64,000 nt of DNA from the NCBI RefSeq assembly GCF_049337375.1, contig NZ_JBMPIV010000015.1. The stretch is one strand, 5' to 3'. This document shows, piece after piece, positions 41,343 through 50,991 of the stretch. The position numbers were made by a program, and so were the translations under genes. Source of the DNA: Nannocystis pusilla (GTDB lineage Bacteria > Myxococcota_A > Polyangia > Nannocystales > Nannocystaceae). How positions within the stretch are numbered: position 1 is the first letter of the stretch; each line of letters starts with the position of its first letter. Under the pieces are notes generated by a model. That model ran no database searches. It was not told where the DNA came from and was given only the letters and a program-made list of their open reading frames with translations.

Positions 41343-42194
41343 ATGCACAGTCGCAACGTCGAGATCAAGAGCCCCTGCCACGAGTCATGGGACGCCATGC
41401 ACGGCGATGCGGAGCGCCGCTTCTGCGATGTCTGCGCCAAACACGTGCACAACCTCTCGGCGATGACGCGGCAGGCCGCCACCGATCTCCTGCAGGCGCA
41501 CAAGGGCGAGCACCTGTGCGTCCGCTACTCGAACCAGGAAGACGGCCAGATCGCGTTCCGCGACACCGTCCCGCTGTCTCGCCTCCGCCCGGTGCGGACC
41601 GCCTTCGCGGCGATGCTGCTCGCCGCCTGCGCCCCGCACGGCGACGGCCCGCCGATCCAGGACATCGGCGACATCGCCATCGAGGCGATGGCTCGCGACG
41701 CCAAGCCCTCGCCCGAGGGCGGCTGCGAGGTCCAGACCGGGCCCTTCACCACGATGCACTTCCCCTCAGGTCACGAGGTCTGCAAGAACGTCGTCGACCT
41801 GGGGGCCCAGATCCGTCCGCCCCAGCCGCCGCCGATCCCGACGACCCCCGAGGTGACGGTGCCGACGATGGGCGCCGCGCCGATCGCCGCCGATCCGCCG
41901 CCGCCGCCGCCGACCGAGGAGTTGATGGGCAAGGTGGCGCCGGTCGAGCACGCGAAGATGGGCGAGGCGATGCCGGAGGTGAAGGAGCCGTGCGACCCGC
42001 AGGCCGGCTTCGCCCCGCCGCCGCCGCAGCAGATGGGCCAGGCGCCGGTGAAGGTGGTCGAGCCGCCCAAATCGGAGCCGCTGATGGGCGACATCGCCGT
42101 CGACATCCCGCCGCCGCCGCCGCCCGAGCCGGTGCGGATGGGCCGGATCGCCCCGGCCAAAACCGGCACCGCGAAGGTCGTCGGCGACCGCTGA
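41343..42194 (+). CDS. Cys-rich N-terminal zinc-ribbon-like domain protein with Pro-rich repeats (possible anti-sigma-like or membrane-anchored regulator)
   Basis: N-terminal CHESWDAMHGDAERRFCDVCAKHVHNLSAMT (C/H-x-C-x2-C arrangement), a hydrophobic segment (FAAMLLAAC), then PPPP-rich repeats around ...MG... units. Confidence 0.55.
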   Translation: MHSRNVEIKSPCHESWDAMHGDAERRFCDVCAKHVHNLSAMTRQAATDLLQAHKGEHLCVRYSNQEDGQIAFRDTVPLSRLRPVRTAFAAMLLAACAPHGDGPPIQDIGDIAIEAMARDAKPSPEGGCEVQTGPFTTMHFPSGHEVCKNVVDLGAQIRPPQPPPIPTTPEVTVPTMGAAPIAADPPPPPPTEELMGKVAPVEHAKMGEAMPEVKEPCDPQAGFAPPPPQQMGQAPVKVVEPPKSEPLMGDIAVDIPPPPPPEPVRMGRIAPAKTGTAKVVGDR

Positions 42195-42367
42195 GCGCGA
42201 GCTTCTGCGCGCCGGAAATTGGCGTCGAGCGAGGCGACCTCGAGCCCCTGAGCGCCTGAGCGGCGTCGGCAGGGGCGCTCGTCGTCATGGCCTTCGTCCT
42301 CGTGGGCGGCCGTCTCCGAGGGCGAGGGCCGCCGGTCTCGCTCGATGGTGGAGGCGCCGCCATCGGC

Positions 42368-42545
42368 TATGGTCGAAGAGACATGTCCGGGCGGTCATGC
42401 CTGACGTCCCCTGCGAGCGCGGCTGGAGCCGGCCTGCGGAGCTGACGGACATGATCGGACGGACATGCCCGAAGCGCCATGCTGCTTCGGGCATGTCTTC
42501 GAGGACATGCCCGAAGCGACAGGCTCTCAGCTACCGGCGGTGAAG
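42368..42545. repeat. Cluster of REP-like palindromes between convergent genes
   Basis: gaagagacatgtccgggcggtcatgcc...gacggacatgatcggacggacatgcccgaagcgccatgctgcttcgggcatgtcttcgaggacatgcccgaagcgacagg, which form several overlapping hairpins. Confidence 0.8.
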
Positions 42546-45500
42546 TCCTCGCGGTTGCTGTCCCACCAGGCCTGCCAGGCGCGCAGGGCCAGGTCGCGGC
42601 TGCGGCGGTCGCCCTCGGCCGGGAACGGGATCCGCTGCCCGGTGATCCGCGCCAGCTCGTCGGCGGCCCAGCGGCGCACAGCCTCGTCGCGGTGGCGCAG
42701 GCCGTCGATGACCCACTCGATGCGCGGCTCCTGGCCGTGCTCGGCGTACCAGGCCCGCCAGCGCTGGGCGCGGTAGCCGTGGTGCTTGGCGGTGATCGAG
42801 CACAGGGCCTCGAGCGCGGCCTCGCGGACGTGTTTGTCGCGGACCGCCAGCAGGTCGATGAGGCGCGGCACCGCGAGGGTGTCGCGCAGGGTGCCGGCGG
42901 CCTCGACGGCGAGCAGCTGGCGGTCGCGGTCCGAGCTCTCGAGCTCGCCGCGGATCTCCGCGGCCACCGCCGCGAAGTCGGGCACGCGGCTGTAGGACTC
43001 GAGCACGCGGGTGGCGATCAGCCGCACGTCGGGGTCGGGGTCGAACGCCAGCTCGCCGAGCGGCCGCAGGCACTTCGGGTCGCGCAGCTCCTGGAACAGG
43101 AACGCGGCGTAGAAGCGGATCTGCGGCCGTGCGCTGGCGAACAGGGCGAGCACGTGCGGGCTGACCGCGTGCCCGAGCTCGACGCAGGCGCGCAGCAGCG
43201 GGCCGTGAGCGCTCGGCGGCGGGAAGTTGGTCGCGTTGGCGAGGTCGATGGGACCGGGGAAGCGCGCGGCCAAGCGGGCCAGGCCGCGCTCGTCGAGCGC
43301 GCGCAGCCGCGACACGCTGGTCCACTCGGCCGGGTTCTGCAAGAAGTCCTCGATCACCGCGTCGATCTCGCGGTCGTCGAGCGCCGCGCCGGAGGCGGCC
43401 TCGGCGGTCGCGGCCGGCTCCTCAGTCGACGGCTCGTCGCTCGCGGGGGGCTCGGCGGCCGGCGCGGCCGCGGGGCGGTCGGCCGCCGGCGGGGCCGCGA
43501 TGGACCCGCTGGCTTCGGCGGCGTTGCCGGGCCCGCTCGCGTCGACCTGCGCCTTGGAACCGGTCGCCAGGGACATGTCCTCGGGGGCATGTTCCGCCGG
43601 GATGGCCCCTCGCGCGGTCGACTGGGCCGAGGCGTCGTCGGCCTCCGCCTCGCGCACCAGCTTGGGCATGGTCAGGGCGCTGGACGAGGAGTCGGGGCGC
43701 GGGTCGTGCTTGCCGCGCCGCCGGCCGCTGCGCGGGCCGATCAGCGTGGTCGGCATCGACAGCGTCGGACCGCCCTCGAGCTCGTCGGGGTCGCTGCGAC
43801 GGGCCATCGGGTGAGGCGTGGCGGTGAGGCCGCCCGAGCGCCGCAGCGTCTTCGGGATCACCAGCACCGGCTCGTCCTCGGCCGGCTCGTTCGCGCGGCG
43901 ACGGCGGCCCGCGCCGGGCGTGCCGGGCGGGGCGACGAGGTTGGGGATCAAGGTCTCGGGCGGGACCGGGGAGTCGACCCGCGGGAGGTCGAGGACGGTC
44001 TTGGCGTCGGGCGCGGCGCGGGTCTCGACCAGCAGCGGCTCGTGCGTCGGCGGCGGCGAGAGGTCGAGGATGGTCGGGGTGTCGGAGGCGGCGCGCGGCC
44101 ACTCGTCGAAGTCGTCGCGCGTGGATGCCCGCGTGGTCTCCTCGAGCACTACCCGCGGCGCGCCCGGCAACGTCGCCGCCGGATCGTGATCGACGCGGGC
44201 CTCGGCGGCGGTCGCGGCCGAACGCAGCGCCGCGGCCACGGGCAGCGGGTCCTCGATGCCCGACGGCTCGGCGGTGGCGATCCAGCCCGGCATCTCGGGC
44301 TGCGGGCTCGCCGGCGGCGGCTCGGGGCTGTCCGATCGGGCATGTCCGAAGGTATTGGGCCGATCGGACAGGTCGATCGTCACCGCCGGCAGCGGCGGCT
44401 TGGTGAACATCGCGGCGAAGCGGGCCACGAGCGGGCTGTCCTGGCCGTTCTCGGGGCCGAGGGGCACCGGGACCGGCGCGAGGCCGAGGCCGGGGCCGTC
44501 GCGGCGCGGCGGCGGGCTGTCGGGCTCGTCGGGGTCGTCGGTGAGGTCCTCGTACTCCGGCTCGTCGGCGGGCGGGGACGGCGGCTCGTCGGCGAGCGTC
44601 TGGGCCCGCACGAGCGCCGAGCTCTCGGCGCGCACCGGCAGCGGCGTCACGGTCGCCGGGTCGTCGCGCCGGATCGGGTTCTTCAGGGTGATGACGGCGC
44701 GCCCGCGGTTGGCGCGGCTGCGCAGCCGGCCGGCGAGGCTGTTGCTGTCCCCGAAGCCAGGTTCACTCGCGGCGCCGCTCGCGGTCGGCGGCGCCTCGGG
44801 CTCGTCGGGCTCGGCCGACGCCTCTGCGGCCGGCGGCTCGGGCTCGCTCTCCGAGCTGTCCGCAGAGACAGGTGGCGTCGTGGCCGGCGCGTCGGTCTCG
44901 TCGACGGTGACGATCGGGGTCGCCAGGTGCGGCCGGATCGACGGGCGCGTGCGGTCGGCCGGGCCGGCCCCGGGCGTGCCGCCGGGCACCACCCACCCGA
45001 GCAGCCGCAGCAGCGCCTCGAGGCTCTGCCGGGCCGTGTCGCACAGCTCGCGCAGGACGGTCCGTTCGCGCGGATCGAAGGCGACGCCGGAGCGGTCGAG
45101 GTAGAGCATCAGCACGGTGCGGCCGCCGGCGAGCACGGGCTCGAAGATGCAGGGGATCCCCAGCGGCTGGCCGACGGCGAACGACAGGCTCGGCTCGATC
45201 AGGAGGTGCAGCGGGCCCTGGCCGGACACCGCGCGATCGAGCAAGCCACCCTCGGGCAGCGGGATGACGAGGCCTTCGGACATCCGCAGCGCGCTGCCGG
45301 GCGCGGCCAGGACGCGCAGGCCCTCGCGCTTGACCCCGAACAGGGCCACGCGCGGGGCGATCAGCGCGGCGGCCCGCACCAGGGCCTCGGTGATCCGGTC
45401 GCGCTCGCGCGCGGTGGCGAGAGTGGCGCGGGCGGCGTCGAGGCGCTGCGCCAGAGTCATGACCATCGGCTGCGGCGCGGCCGGCGGCTTGCGCGTCGAC

Positions 45501-48004
45501 GACTCGACCAGATCCTCGTCGGACGCGGCCTCCGGGGCGCTCGTGGCGACTTCGGCAGAGCTGGTCGAAGGGACAGGCTGGCTCGGCGCGGGCGCGACGG
45601 GGCTGGCCGAAGAGACAGGTGGGTTCGGCGCGGCCGCAGGGCGAGCGACGCCGTTGCTGGAGCCGTGCGCGGGGGTGGACTTGTCGGGGGCGGGGGAGGG
45701 CGCCACGCCGACGGGGATGCCGACGAGGGTGCGCCTGTCCCAATTGCCAGACGAGGTGTCCGAGTAGATCGGCACCCCGAGGGCCGGAGTCACCGGTCGG
45801 GGCGTGGTGGCCGGCGGCAGGATGATGAGCGGCGTGTCGGGGGCGATGGCCATCGCCGCCAGCGATGCGTTCTCGTCCTCGAAGCCGCCCGGGTCGATGA
45901 GCGGGGCGTCCGGGGCGACGGGGACGGGCGAGGGCCGCGTCGACGGTCGGTTGGCGGCCGCAGCGGCATCGGGCTCGGGCGCGCGGGAGTCGTACGCCGC
46001 CGTCTGGCGGTTCGCGGCGGCGGCGGGCGTGGGGGCGGGCTCGGTCCGGCGTCCCGCAGCGGCGTGGCTCGGGGTGTCGAGCTGGGGTGACCTGGTCGCA
46101 GAGACAGGTGTTGTGTCTGGGGCGGGGGCGCGGCGGGAGGGCGGGGGCGTAGCGGAGCTGTCCGTGGGGACAGGTGCCGGCGCGCCGGTGACGCCCGACG
46201 ACGCCGATGCTGCGCCTTGGCTGTCCTCAGGGACAGGTGTCGCGGTCGCTGGCGTGGAGCTCGTGGAGGCGGCCGTCCGGTCCGCGGCGGGGGGCACGGC
46301 GGCACGGACATCCCGGTCGGGCGCCGGCGAGCCGGCGGGAGTCGGCGCTGCGGGGGCGGCGGATGCCGGGTCGTTCCCCGCGCGGGCTCGGCTGCTCGAG
46401 TCGGTCGTCTCGTCGCGGCTGTCCTTGAGGGCAGGTGCGAGCGGTTCGCTCGAGCTGTCTCCGAGGGCAGGCGCGGTCGCGGCGGCGTCGGCGGACGCGC
46501 CCGTCCGCGGCGAGCCGGTCGCAGCCTCCGCTGGCGGCGGAGCGGCGCTGGACGGTGACCCCGTCGCGCGCGCCGCGGTGTTCGGTCCCGACATCGCCGC
46601 CGGTCGCGGGCCGGCCATCTGTCTGTCCGCTGGGACAGGTACGTCGGCCTGCAGCGCGTTGGCCAGCGGCCCCGGCGCGGCGGCAGTCGAAGCGGTCGTC
46701 CCGTCCGCCGCGACAGAGGCAGTCCGCGGGTCTGCCGCGGCACTCGAGCTCGCGGTGCCGGCGGCTGGCCCGGCCTCGGTGCCTTCTATCGCGTCGACGG
46801 ATCTGTCCCCGGAGACAGGAGCATCCGGGGGGCCAGCGGCGGGCGCCGATCGCTGCGCGGTGCCGGCGGTCTGGTCGACCGCAGCGCCGTCGGTCCGCGA
46901 CGAGCCGCGGGCAGGGCCCCCGGCCTCGACCTCCAGGCCATGGGTGGCGGCGGGCGCATCGGTGCGAGGGGCCGGAGCGCTGGACGTCGCGCTCCCGTCC
47001 GGGCGGGCCGCTCGGTCGGCGCCGGTGTTCGCCGCATCGGCGATTCGAGCGTCGACCGGCGTGTCCGCGCCGGACGGCTCCCGTCGGGCGTCGGCGTGCG
47101 ACCTGTCCGCAGGGACAGCCGCCTCTGTCGCTCGGTCGCCGGCCGGCCGCCTGTCCGCAGGAACAGCTGCCTCGGCGCGTGCATCCGCCGGCTGCCTGTC
47201 CGTAGAGACAGCTGACTCGGCGCGGGCTTCTGCTGGATGCCTGCCCGAAGGGACAGCTGCCTCGGCGCGAGCCTCGGTCGGCTGCCTGTCCATGGGAACA
47301 GCTGCCTCGGCGCGGGTCTCCGCCGGCTGCCTGTCCGCAGGGACAGCTGCCTCGGCGCGAGCCTCGGTCGGCTGCCTGCCCGAAGGGACAGCTGACTCGG
47401 CGCGGGCCTCTGCCGGATGCCTGTCCGCCGGGACAGGTGCTTCCGCCGCCCGCCTGTCCGCAGGGACAGCCGCTTCGCTCGGCCGCGGCTCGGCGGCGCC
47501 CGGGACCAGGCTGATCGTGATCGAGGCGGTGCGCAGCGCCTCGAGGTAGTCGAGCAGGATCAGGGCGTAGCGCGGGGCGAGGATCGAGCCGGTGCGCTCG
47601 GCGGCGATCTTGGCCAGGCAGCACTCGGGCGCGACGACCGGGTAGAAGCCGCGGACCATGCGGTAGAGCTGGCCGAGCTTGGCGTCGGGCAGGTCGGGGT
47701 GGACGGCGACGATCAGCCGGCCGTCCTCCTGCGCGAGCGGCATGGCCCAGCCGATGTCGACCAGGTCTCTCGGGACATGTTCCCAGGGACGGCTCGCCCC
47801 GCGCTCGAGCAGCCGCACCGGCGCGCCGGGCAGGCCGCAGGCGCTCTGCAGCAGGGCGTCGAGCTGCAGCGGGGTCATCAACCCGAGCTCGAGGATCGCG
47901 GTGTCGAGGCTGCCGCCGGCCAGCTGCTGCCGCCGGGTCGCGGCCTCGAGATCGGCGCGCGACAGCGGGCCGTTGGCTTCGAGGTGGCGCAGGAGGAGGC
48001 TCAA
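42527..48004 (-). CDS. Giant multidomain protein (about 1825 aa): N-terminal MshEN/T2SSE_N-like domain, about 1200 aa disordered Ala/Pro/Thr/Ser-rich region with 15-aa tandem repeats, possible GAF-like segment, C-terminal HEAT/PBS-lyase-like repeats
   Basis: The likely start is TTG 48004, overlapping the RDD gene stop (ATTGA). N-terminus: LSRADLEAATRRQQLAGGSLDTAILELGLMTPLQLDALLQ. C-terminus: repeated ...DPDVRLIATRVL... / ...DKHVREAALEAL... HEAT-like helices. Upstream in-frame codons (to 49204) overlap rsmE/RDD and are Arg-rich, so they were rejected. Confidence 0.7.
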   Translation of the reverse strand: MSLLLRHLEANGPLSRADLEAATRRQQLAGGSLDTAILELGLMTPLQLDALLQSACGLPGAPVRLLERGASRPWEHVPRDLVDIGWAMPLAQEDGRLIVAVHPDLPDAKLGQLYRMVRGFYPVVAPECCLAKIAAERTGSILAPRYALILLDYLEALRTASITISLVPGAAEPRPSEAAVPADRRAAEAPVPADRHPAEARAESAVPSGRQPTEARAEAAVPADRQPAETRAEAAVPMDRQPTEARAEAAVPSGRHPAEARAESAVSTDRQPADARAEAAVPADRRPAGDRATEAAVPADRSHADARREPSGADTPVDARIADAANTGADRAARPDGSATSSAPAPRTDAPAATHGLEVEAGGPARGSSRTDGAAVDQTAGTAQRSAPAAGPPDAPVSGDRSVDAIEGTEAGPAAGTASSSAAADPRTASVAADGTTASTAAAPGPLANALQADVPVPADRQMAGPRPAAMSGPNTAARATGSPSSAAPPPAEAATGSPRTGASADAAATAPALGDSSSEPLAPALKDSRDETTDSSSRARAGNDPASAAPAAPTPAGSPAPDRDVRAAVPPAADRTAASTSSTPATATPVPEDSQGAASASSGVTGAPAPVPTDSSATPPPSRRAPAPDTTPVSATRSPQLDTPSHAAAGRRTEPAPTPAAAANRQTAAYDSRAPEPDAAAAANRPSTRPSPVPVAPDAPLIDPGGFEDENASLAAMAIAPDTPLIILPPATTPRPVTPALGVPIYSDTSSGNWDRRTLVGIPVGVAPSPAPDKSTPAHGSSNGVARPAAAPNPPVSSASPVAPAPSQPVPSTSSAEVATSAPEAASDEDLVESSTRKPPAAPQPMVMTLAQRLDAARATLATARERDRITEALVRAAALIAPRVALFGVKREGLRVLAAPGSALRMSEGLVIPLPEGGLLDRAVSGQGPLHLLIEPSLSFAVGQPLGIPCIFEPVLAGGRTVLMLYLDRSGVAFDPRERTVLRELCDTARQSLEALLRLLGWVVPGGTPGAGPADRTRPSIRPHLATPIVTVDETDAPATTPPVSADSSESEPEPPAAEASAEPDEPEAPPTASGAASEPGFGDSNSLAGRLRSRANRGRAVITLKNPIRRDDPATVTPLPVRAESSALVRAQTLADEPPSPPADEPEYEDLTDDPDEPDSPPPRRDGPGLGLAPVPVPLGPENGQDSPLVARFAAMFTKPPLPAVTIDLSDRPNTFGHARSDSPEPPPASPQPEMPGWIATAEPSGIEDPLPVAAALRSAATAAEARVDHDPAATLPGAPRVVLEETTRASTRDDFDEWPRAASDTPTILDLSPPPTHEPLLVETRAAPDAKTVLDLPRVDSPVPPETLIPNLVAPPGTPGAGRRRRANEPAEDEPVLVIPKTLRRSGGLTATPHPMARRSDPDELEGGPTLSMPTTLIGPRSGRRRGKHDPRPDSSSSALTMPKLVREAEADDASAQSTARGAIPAEHAPEDMSLATGSKAQVDASGPGNAAEASGSIAAPPAADRPAAAPAAEPPASDEPSTEEPAATAEAASGAALDDREIDAVIEDFLQNPAEWTSVSRLRALDERGLARLAARFPGPIDLANATNFPPPSAHGPLLRACVELGHAVSPHVLALFASARPQIRFYAAFLFQELRDPKCLRPLGELAFDPDPDVRLIATRVLESYSRVPDFAAVAAEIRGELESSDRDRQLLAVEAAGTLRDTLAVPRLIDLLAVRDKHVREAALEALCSITAKHHGYRAQRWRAWYAEHGQEPRIEWVIDGLRHRDEAVRRWAADELARITGQRIPFPAEGDRRSRDLALRAWQAWWDSNREDFTAGS
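47095..47490. repeat. 45-bp coding tandem repeat (about 9 units), each unit containing a CTGTCC-N4-GGACAG palindrome
   Basis: Units such as gcctgtccgcagggacagctgcctcggcgcgagcctcggtcggct. Encodes AVPADRQPAEARAEA-type repeats in the giant minus-strand protein. Confidence 0.85.
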
Positions 48005-48600
48005 TGTTCCCTCACGACGTAGGTGCCTGTCAGGTAGTCGTGGAAGGCCCGCTTCTCGCGGTCGAAGGCCATCCACAGCGAGCCGAGGCCGCCGGGCACC
48101 AGGCCGACGGCGGTGCCCGCGAACCGCACCGTCGCGCGCACCGGGCCGACCTTGCCGCCGGCGCGGTGGACCACGCGGATCCCGGTGAGCTTCTGCCCGG
48201 GTGTCCTTCCGGACAGGGCGATGAAGAGCACAAAGTAGATCGCGACCATCACCAGGAGCGGCGCCAGCCACACGAGGATCTCGAGCGGGTCGACGGTCAG
48301 GAGCTGGAGCAGGCCGGCCCACGAGAAGGCGCCGCGCACCGGGCTCGCCTCGCCGATCACGCGCTGAAGACCGAGGTGCAGCGGGCCGGCGGTGACGAGC
48401 AGGATCGCGGCGTCGACCAGCGCGGCGGCGAGGCGACGCCAGAAGCCGGCGACGCGCACCGGCACCAGCGCTTGCCCGCACGCCGGGCACGTCGGTTGCC
48501 CGTCCTTGACGAGGCCGATGTCCAGCGCCGCGTCGCAGCTCGGACACGGTGCGGGTCGCTCCTTGCGGGACCAAAACGCCATCGGCGCGCACCATAACAC
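48001..48600 (-). CDS. RDD-family membrane protein with N-terminal zinc-ribbon
   Basis: CPSCDAALD...CPACGQ zinc ribbon. TM segments. RDD signature AFDREKRAFHDYLTGTYVV. Confidence 0.75.
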   Translation of the reverse strand: MLWCAPMAFWSRKERPAPCPSCDAALDIGLVKDGQPTCPACGQALVPVRVAGFWRRLAAALVDAAILLVTAGPLHLGLQRVIGEASPVRGAFSWAGLLQLLTVDPLEILVWLAPLLVMVAIYFVLFIALSGRTPGQKLTGIRVVHRAGGKVGPVRATVRFAGTAVGLVPGGLGSLWMAFDREKRAFHDYLTGTYVVREH

Positions 48601-48654
48601 GGCCCCGGGCCTCCCGGTCCGTCCCCGCGCGGCGCGGCCGGTCCCCGCCGGCGC

Positions 48655-49344
48655 TCAGGCGAACATCACGCGAGCGACGGCGACCAGCGCCGCCGTCTCG
48701 GTGCGCAGCGTGTAGGGCCCGAGGCCGAGCGCGCGGAAGCCCGCGGCGCGCAGCAGCGCCGCCTCCTCGGGGGTAAACCCACCCTCGGGCCCGACGCACA
48801 CGCGAGCACCCGCGGCGACCGCCGGCGCGTCGCTCGATGTCGCGCGCAGCTCCTCCCACGCGAACAAGCCGGGGAGGTCGGTGCGCCGGTGCGTGGCCTC
48901 GCGGAGATCGACGGGTCCCGAGATCGCGGGCGCGCGCGGCCTGCCGCACTGCCGCTGCGCCGCTCGCAGCACCCGCGCGATCCGTTCGCCGCCGGGCGCC
49001 GCGCCCTGGCTGCGGGCGCAGCGGACCAGCACGACCTCGGCGACGCCGATCTCGCACAGCGCCGGCAGCACGTCCAGCACGGTGGCCGGCTCGGGCATGC
49101 CGAGCAGGACCACGACCTCGCGCGCGGGGACCGGCACCGTTCGTTGCTCGAGCAACTTCACAGTGGTGCCGCGCGCGTCGCCGCCGACGACCTCGGCCAG
49201 CCACAGCGCGCCGTGGTCGTCGATCGCCTCGATGCGCGCGCCGTCGCCGACCCGGCGGACCCGCCGGAGGTAGTGCGACTCGGCGGCGTCGAGGTCGACG
49301 CGCGCCGGGTCGGCCGGCGCGCCCACGAACACCCGCGTGCTCAT
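48655..49344 (-). CDS. rsmE: 16S rRNA (uracil1498-N3)-methyltransferase RsmE
   Basis: ATG 49344 (MSTRVFVG). PUA-like N-terminus and SPOUT C-terminus: VCVGPEGGFTPEE...LGPYTLRTETAALVA. Start overlaps the prmA stop (ATGA). Confidence 0.85.
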   Translation of the reverse strand: MSTRVFVGAPADPARVDLDAAESHYLRRVRRVGDGARIEAIDDHGALWLAEVVGGDARGTTVKLLEQRTVPVPAREVVVLLGMPEPATVLDVLPALCEIGVAEVVLVRCARSQGAAPGGERIARVLRAAQRQCGRPRAPAISGPVDLREATHRRTDLPGLFAWEELRATSSDAPAVAAGARVCVGPEGGFTPEEAALLRAAGFRALGLGPYTLRTETAALVAVARVMFA

Positions 49345-50306
49345 CCGGCCGCTCTCAGGACCAGCGCGCACCACTCGGCGAGGTCGCGGCGGTCGGCCAG
49401 CGCCAGCCCGGCCGCGTTGTAGGCGGCGAGCACGTCGTCGGCCTCCTCGCCGAGCACGCCGCTGAGGACGACCGCGCCGCCGGGGGCGAGGCGGCGCGCG
49501 AGGTCGCCGGCGATCGGGATCAGCACGCCGGGGCGGATGTTGGCGAGGATCAGATCGAAGCTGTCCGAAAGTTCCAAGACGGTCGCGGCCCGGATCTCGA
49601 GCCGTTCCTCTAGCTTGTTGGCGGCGGCGTTCTCGGCGGTGGTGTCGGCCGCGTCGGGGTCGTTGTCGGCGGCGACCACCGCGGCCTGCGGGAACAGCCG
49701 CGCCGCCGCGAGGGCGAGGATGCCGGAGCCGCAGCCGAGGTCGAGCACGCGGTCGGGGCGCGCGCCGGCCTCGGCGAGGGCGACCAGCAGCTCGAGGCAC
49801 AGCCGCGTGGTCTCGTGCTGGCCGGTGCCGAAGGCGCGGCCGGGGTCGAGGACCAGCTCGAGCTCCGGGTCGCCGGGCCGGCGATCGATCCAGCTCGGCC
49901 GCACCAGCAGCGTCGTCGTCGCGGCCGAGAACACCAGCGGCGCGTAGAACTGCTTCCACGTGTCGCGCCAGTCGTCGTCGGTGCGCACCGCCGGGGTCAG
50001 CCGCAGCGGCAGGCGCAGGTCGGCGCCGAGCCGCTCGACCTCGGCGATGAGGCCTTCGAGGCCGTCGGGGGTGGTGTAAATCGTCAGCTCGGGGATCTCG
50101 CACCGACTGCCGAGCGTCGACGCGTCCCGCGTCTCCACACCCGCAGCGCGCGGGTCCTCGGCGATCAGCGTCGCCAGCGCCTCGAGCCGCTCCGACGCCT
50201 CGGTCAGCTCGCCGAGGTCGAGGCCCTCGCCGTCGTCGGACCGGCCGCGGAGCTGGACCAAAAGCGTCGCCCACGGTTCGGCGGTCGTCTCTGCTGTCTC
50301 ACGCAT
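49341..50306 (-). CDS. prmA: Ribosomal protein L11 methyltransferase PrmA
   Basis: FGTGQHETTRLCLE, LDLGCGSGILALAA SAM motif. 321 aa. Confidence 0.9.
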   Translation of the reverse strand: MRETAETTAEPWATLLVQLRGRSDDGEGLDLGELTEASERLEALATLIAEDPRAAGVETRDASTLGSRCEIPELTIYTTPDGLEGLIAEVERLGADLRLPLRLTPAVRTDDDWRDTWKQFYAPLVFSAATTTLLVRPSWIDRRPGDPELELVLDPGRAFGTGQHETTRLCLELLVALAEAGARPDRVLDLGCGSGILALAAARLFPQAAVVAADNDPDAADTTAENAAANKLEERLEIRAATVLELSDSFDLILANIRPGVLIPIAGDLARRLAPGGAVVLSGVLGEEADDVLAAYNAAGLALADRRDLAEWCALVLRAAG

Positions 50307-50549
50307 GGCGCGGCAATATAGGCGAGTTCGTCACAATATCGACGGATCAAATTGCATGCTCAATTACAAAAAAGGCTCTAACAGGCCGTGACCTGCGGCC
50401 CGCGGGCCCGTGCGCACTTTTTAACTTTATTCGCCCCGTGGCCTCTGCCATACCTCAGGGCCAGATCTGGGCGGCGCCTCCGGCGACGGCGACCCATGAG
50501 GGGTTGGCCGCGACGCATCATCCCCCGGGCGCTGCAGAGGGAGAGGCAC

Positions 50550-50777
50550 ATGGTGGCATTTACGGGAGTCAAGGTGTTCTCGGCGACCAAGGCTTGGGAG
50601 CGCGAGCAGATCAGCGACCGCATCAACGAGTGGCTCGAGGCCAATCCCGGCGTCGAGATCGTCGACAAGGTGGTCACCCAGAGCTCCGACAGCGAGTTCC
50701 ACTGCCTGACCATCACCCTGTTCTACAGCCGCCCGACCAGCCGTGGTGCCCACGCCCAGGCGTCCGCGGCGCCCTGA
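50550..50777 (+). CDS. Small hypothetical protein (75 aa)
   Basis: Strong RBS AGGGAGAGG 6 nt upstream of ATG 50550. Balanced composition (VKVFSATKAWEREQISDRINEWLEANPGVEIVDKVV...). Confidence 0.5.
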   Translation: MVAFTGVKVFSATKAWEREQISDRINEWLEANPGVEIVDKVVTQSSDSEFHCLTITLFYSRPTSRGAHAQASAAP

Positions 50778-50991
50778 CGCCGGTCGCGGCCCACAGTCCG
50801 AATCGAGCTTTCTCCTGGCGCCCCGGCGCCTGTCGCGTCGAGGGTCGCACTGTCTCGGCGGCTCGCGTCGTGCCCGCTGAGAGCGCGAGGGACGCGGCGC
50901 GAAGTGCATCTGACCTTCGGGACAGGTCCCCTGGGACATCTGGTGGCGCCGCTTGTCGCGCAGCCTGGCCAGCGGGTATGGTGCGCCGGCG

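Noticed and set aside
40150-42545. Palindrome clusters considered as terminal inverted repeats of an IS/MITE or as boundaries of an integrated element.
   Set aside because: No transposase, integrase or direct target-site duplications occur in the window. The units are short (about 14-18 bp), occur singly inside genes, and cluster at gene 3' ends. This is more consistent with REP/BIME-like elements than with classic IS termini.
47095-47490. The regular 45-bp repeat array (and the 60-bp array at 17330-17640) considered as possible CRISPR arrays.
   Set aside because: The repeats are contiguous with no unique spacers. They lie in frame inside long ORFs and encode repetitive peptides. No cas genes or leader were seen.
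48004-49204. The N-terminal 400 codons of the 2225-aa ORF 42527..49204 as part of the giant protein.
   Set aside because: This segment overlaps the well-supported rsmE and RDD genes in other frames and is Arg-rich. A TTG at 48004 overlapping the RDD stop gives a sensible start immediately before the MshEN-like domain.
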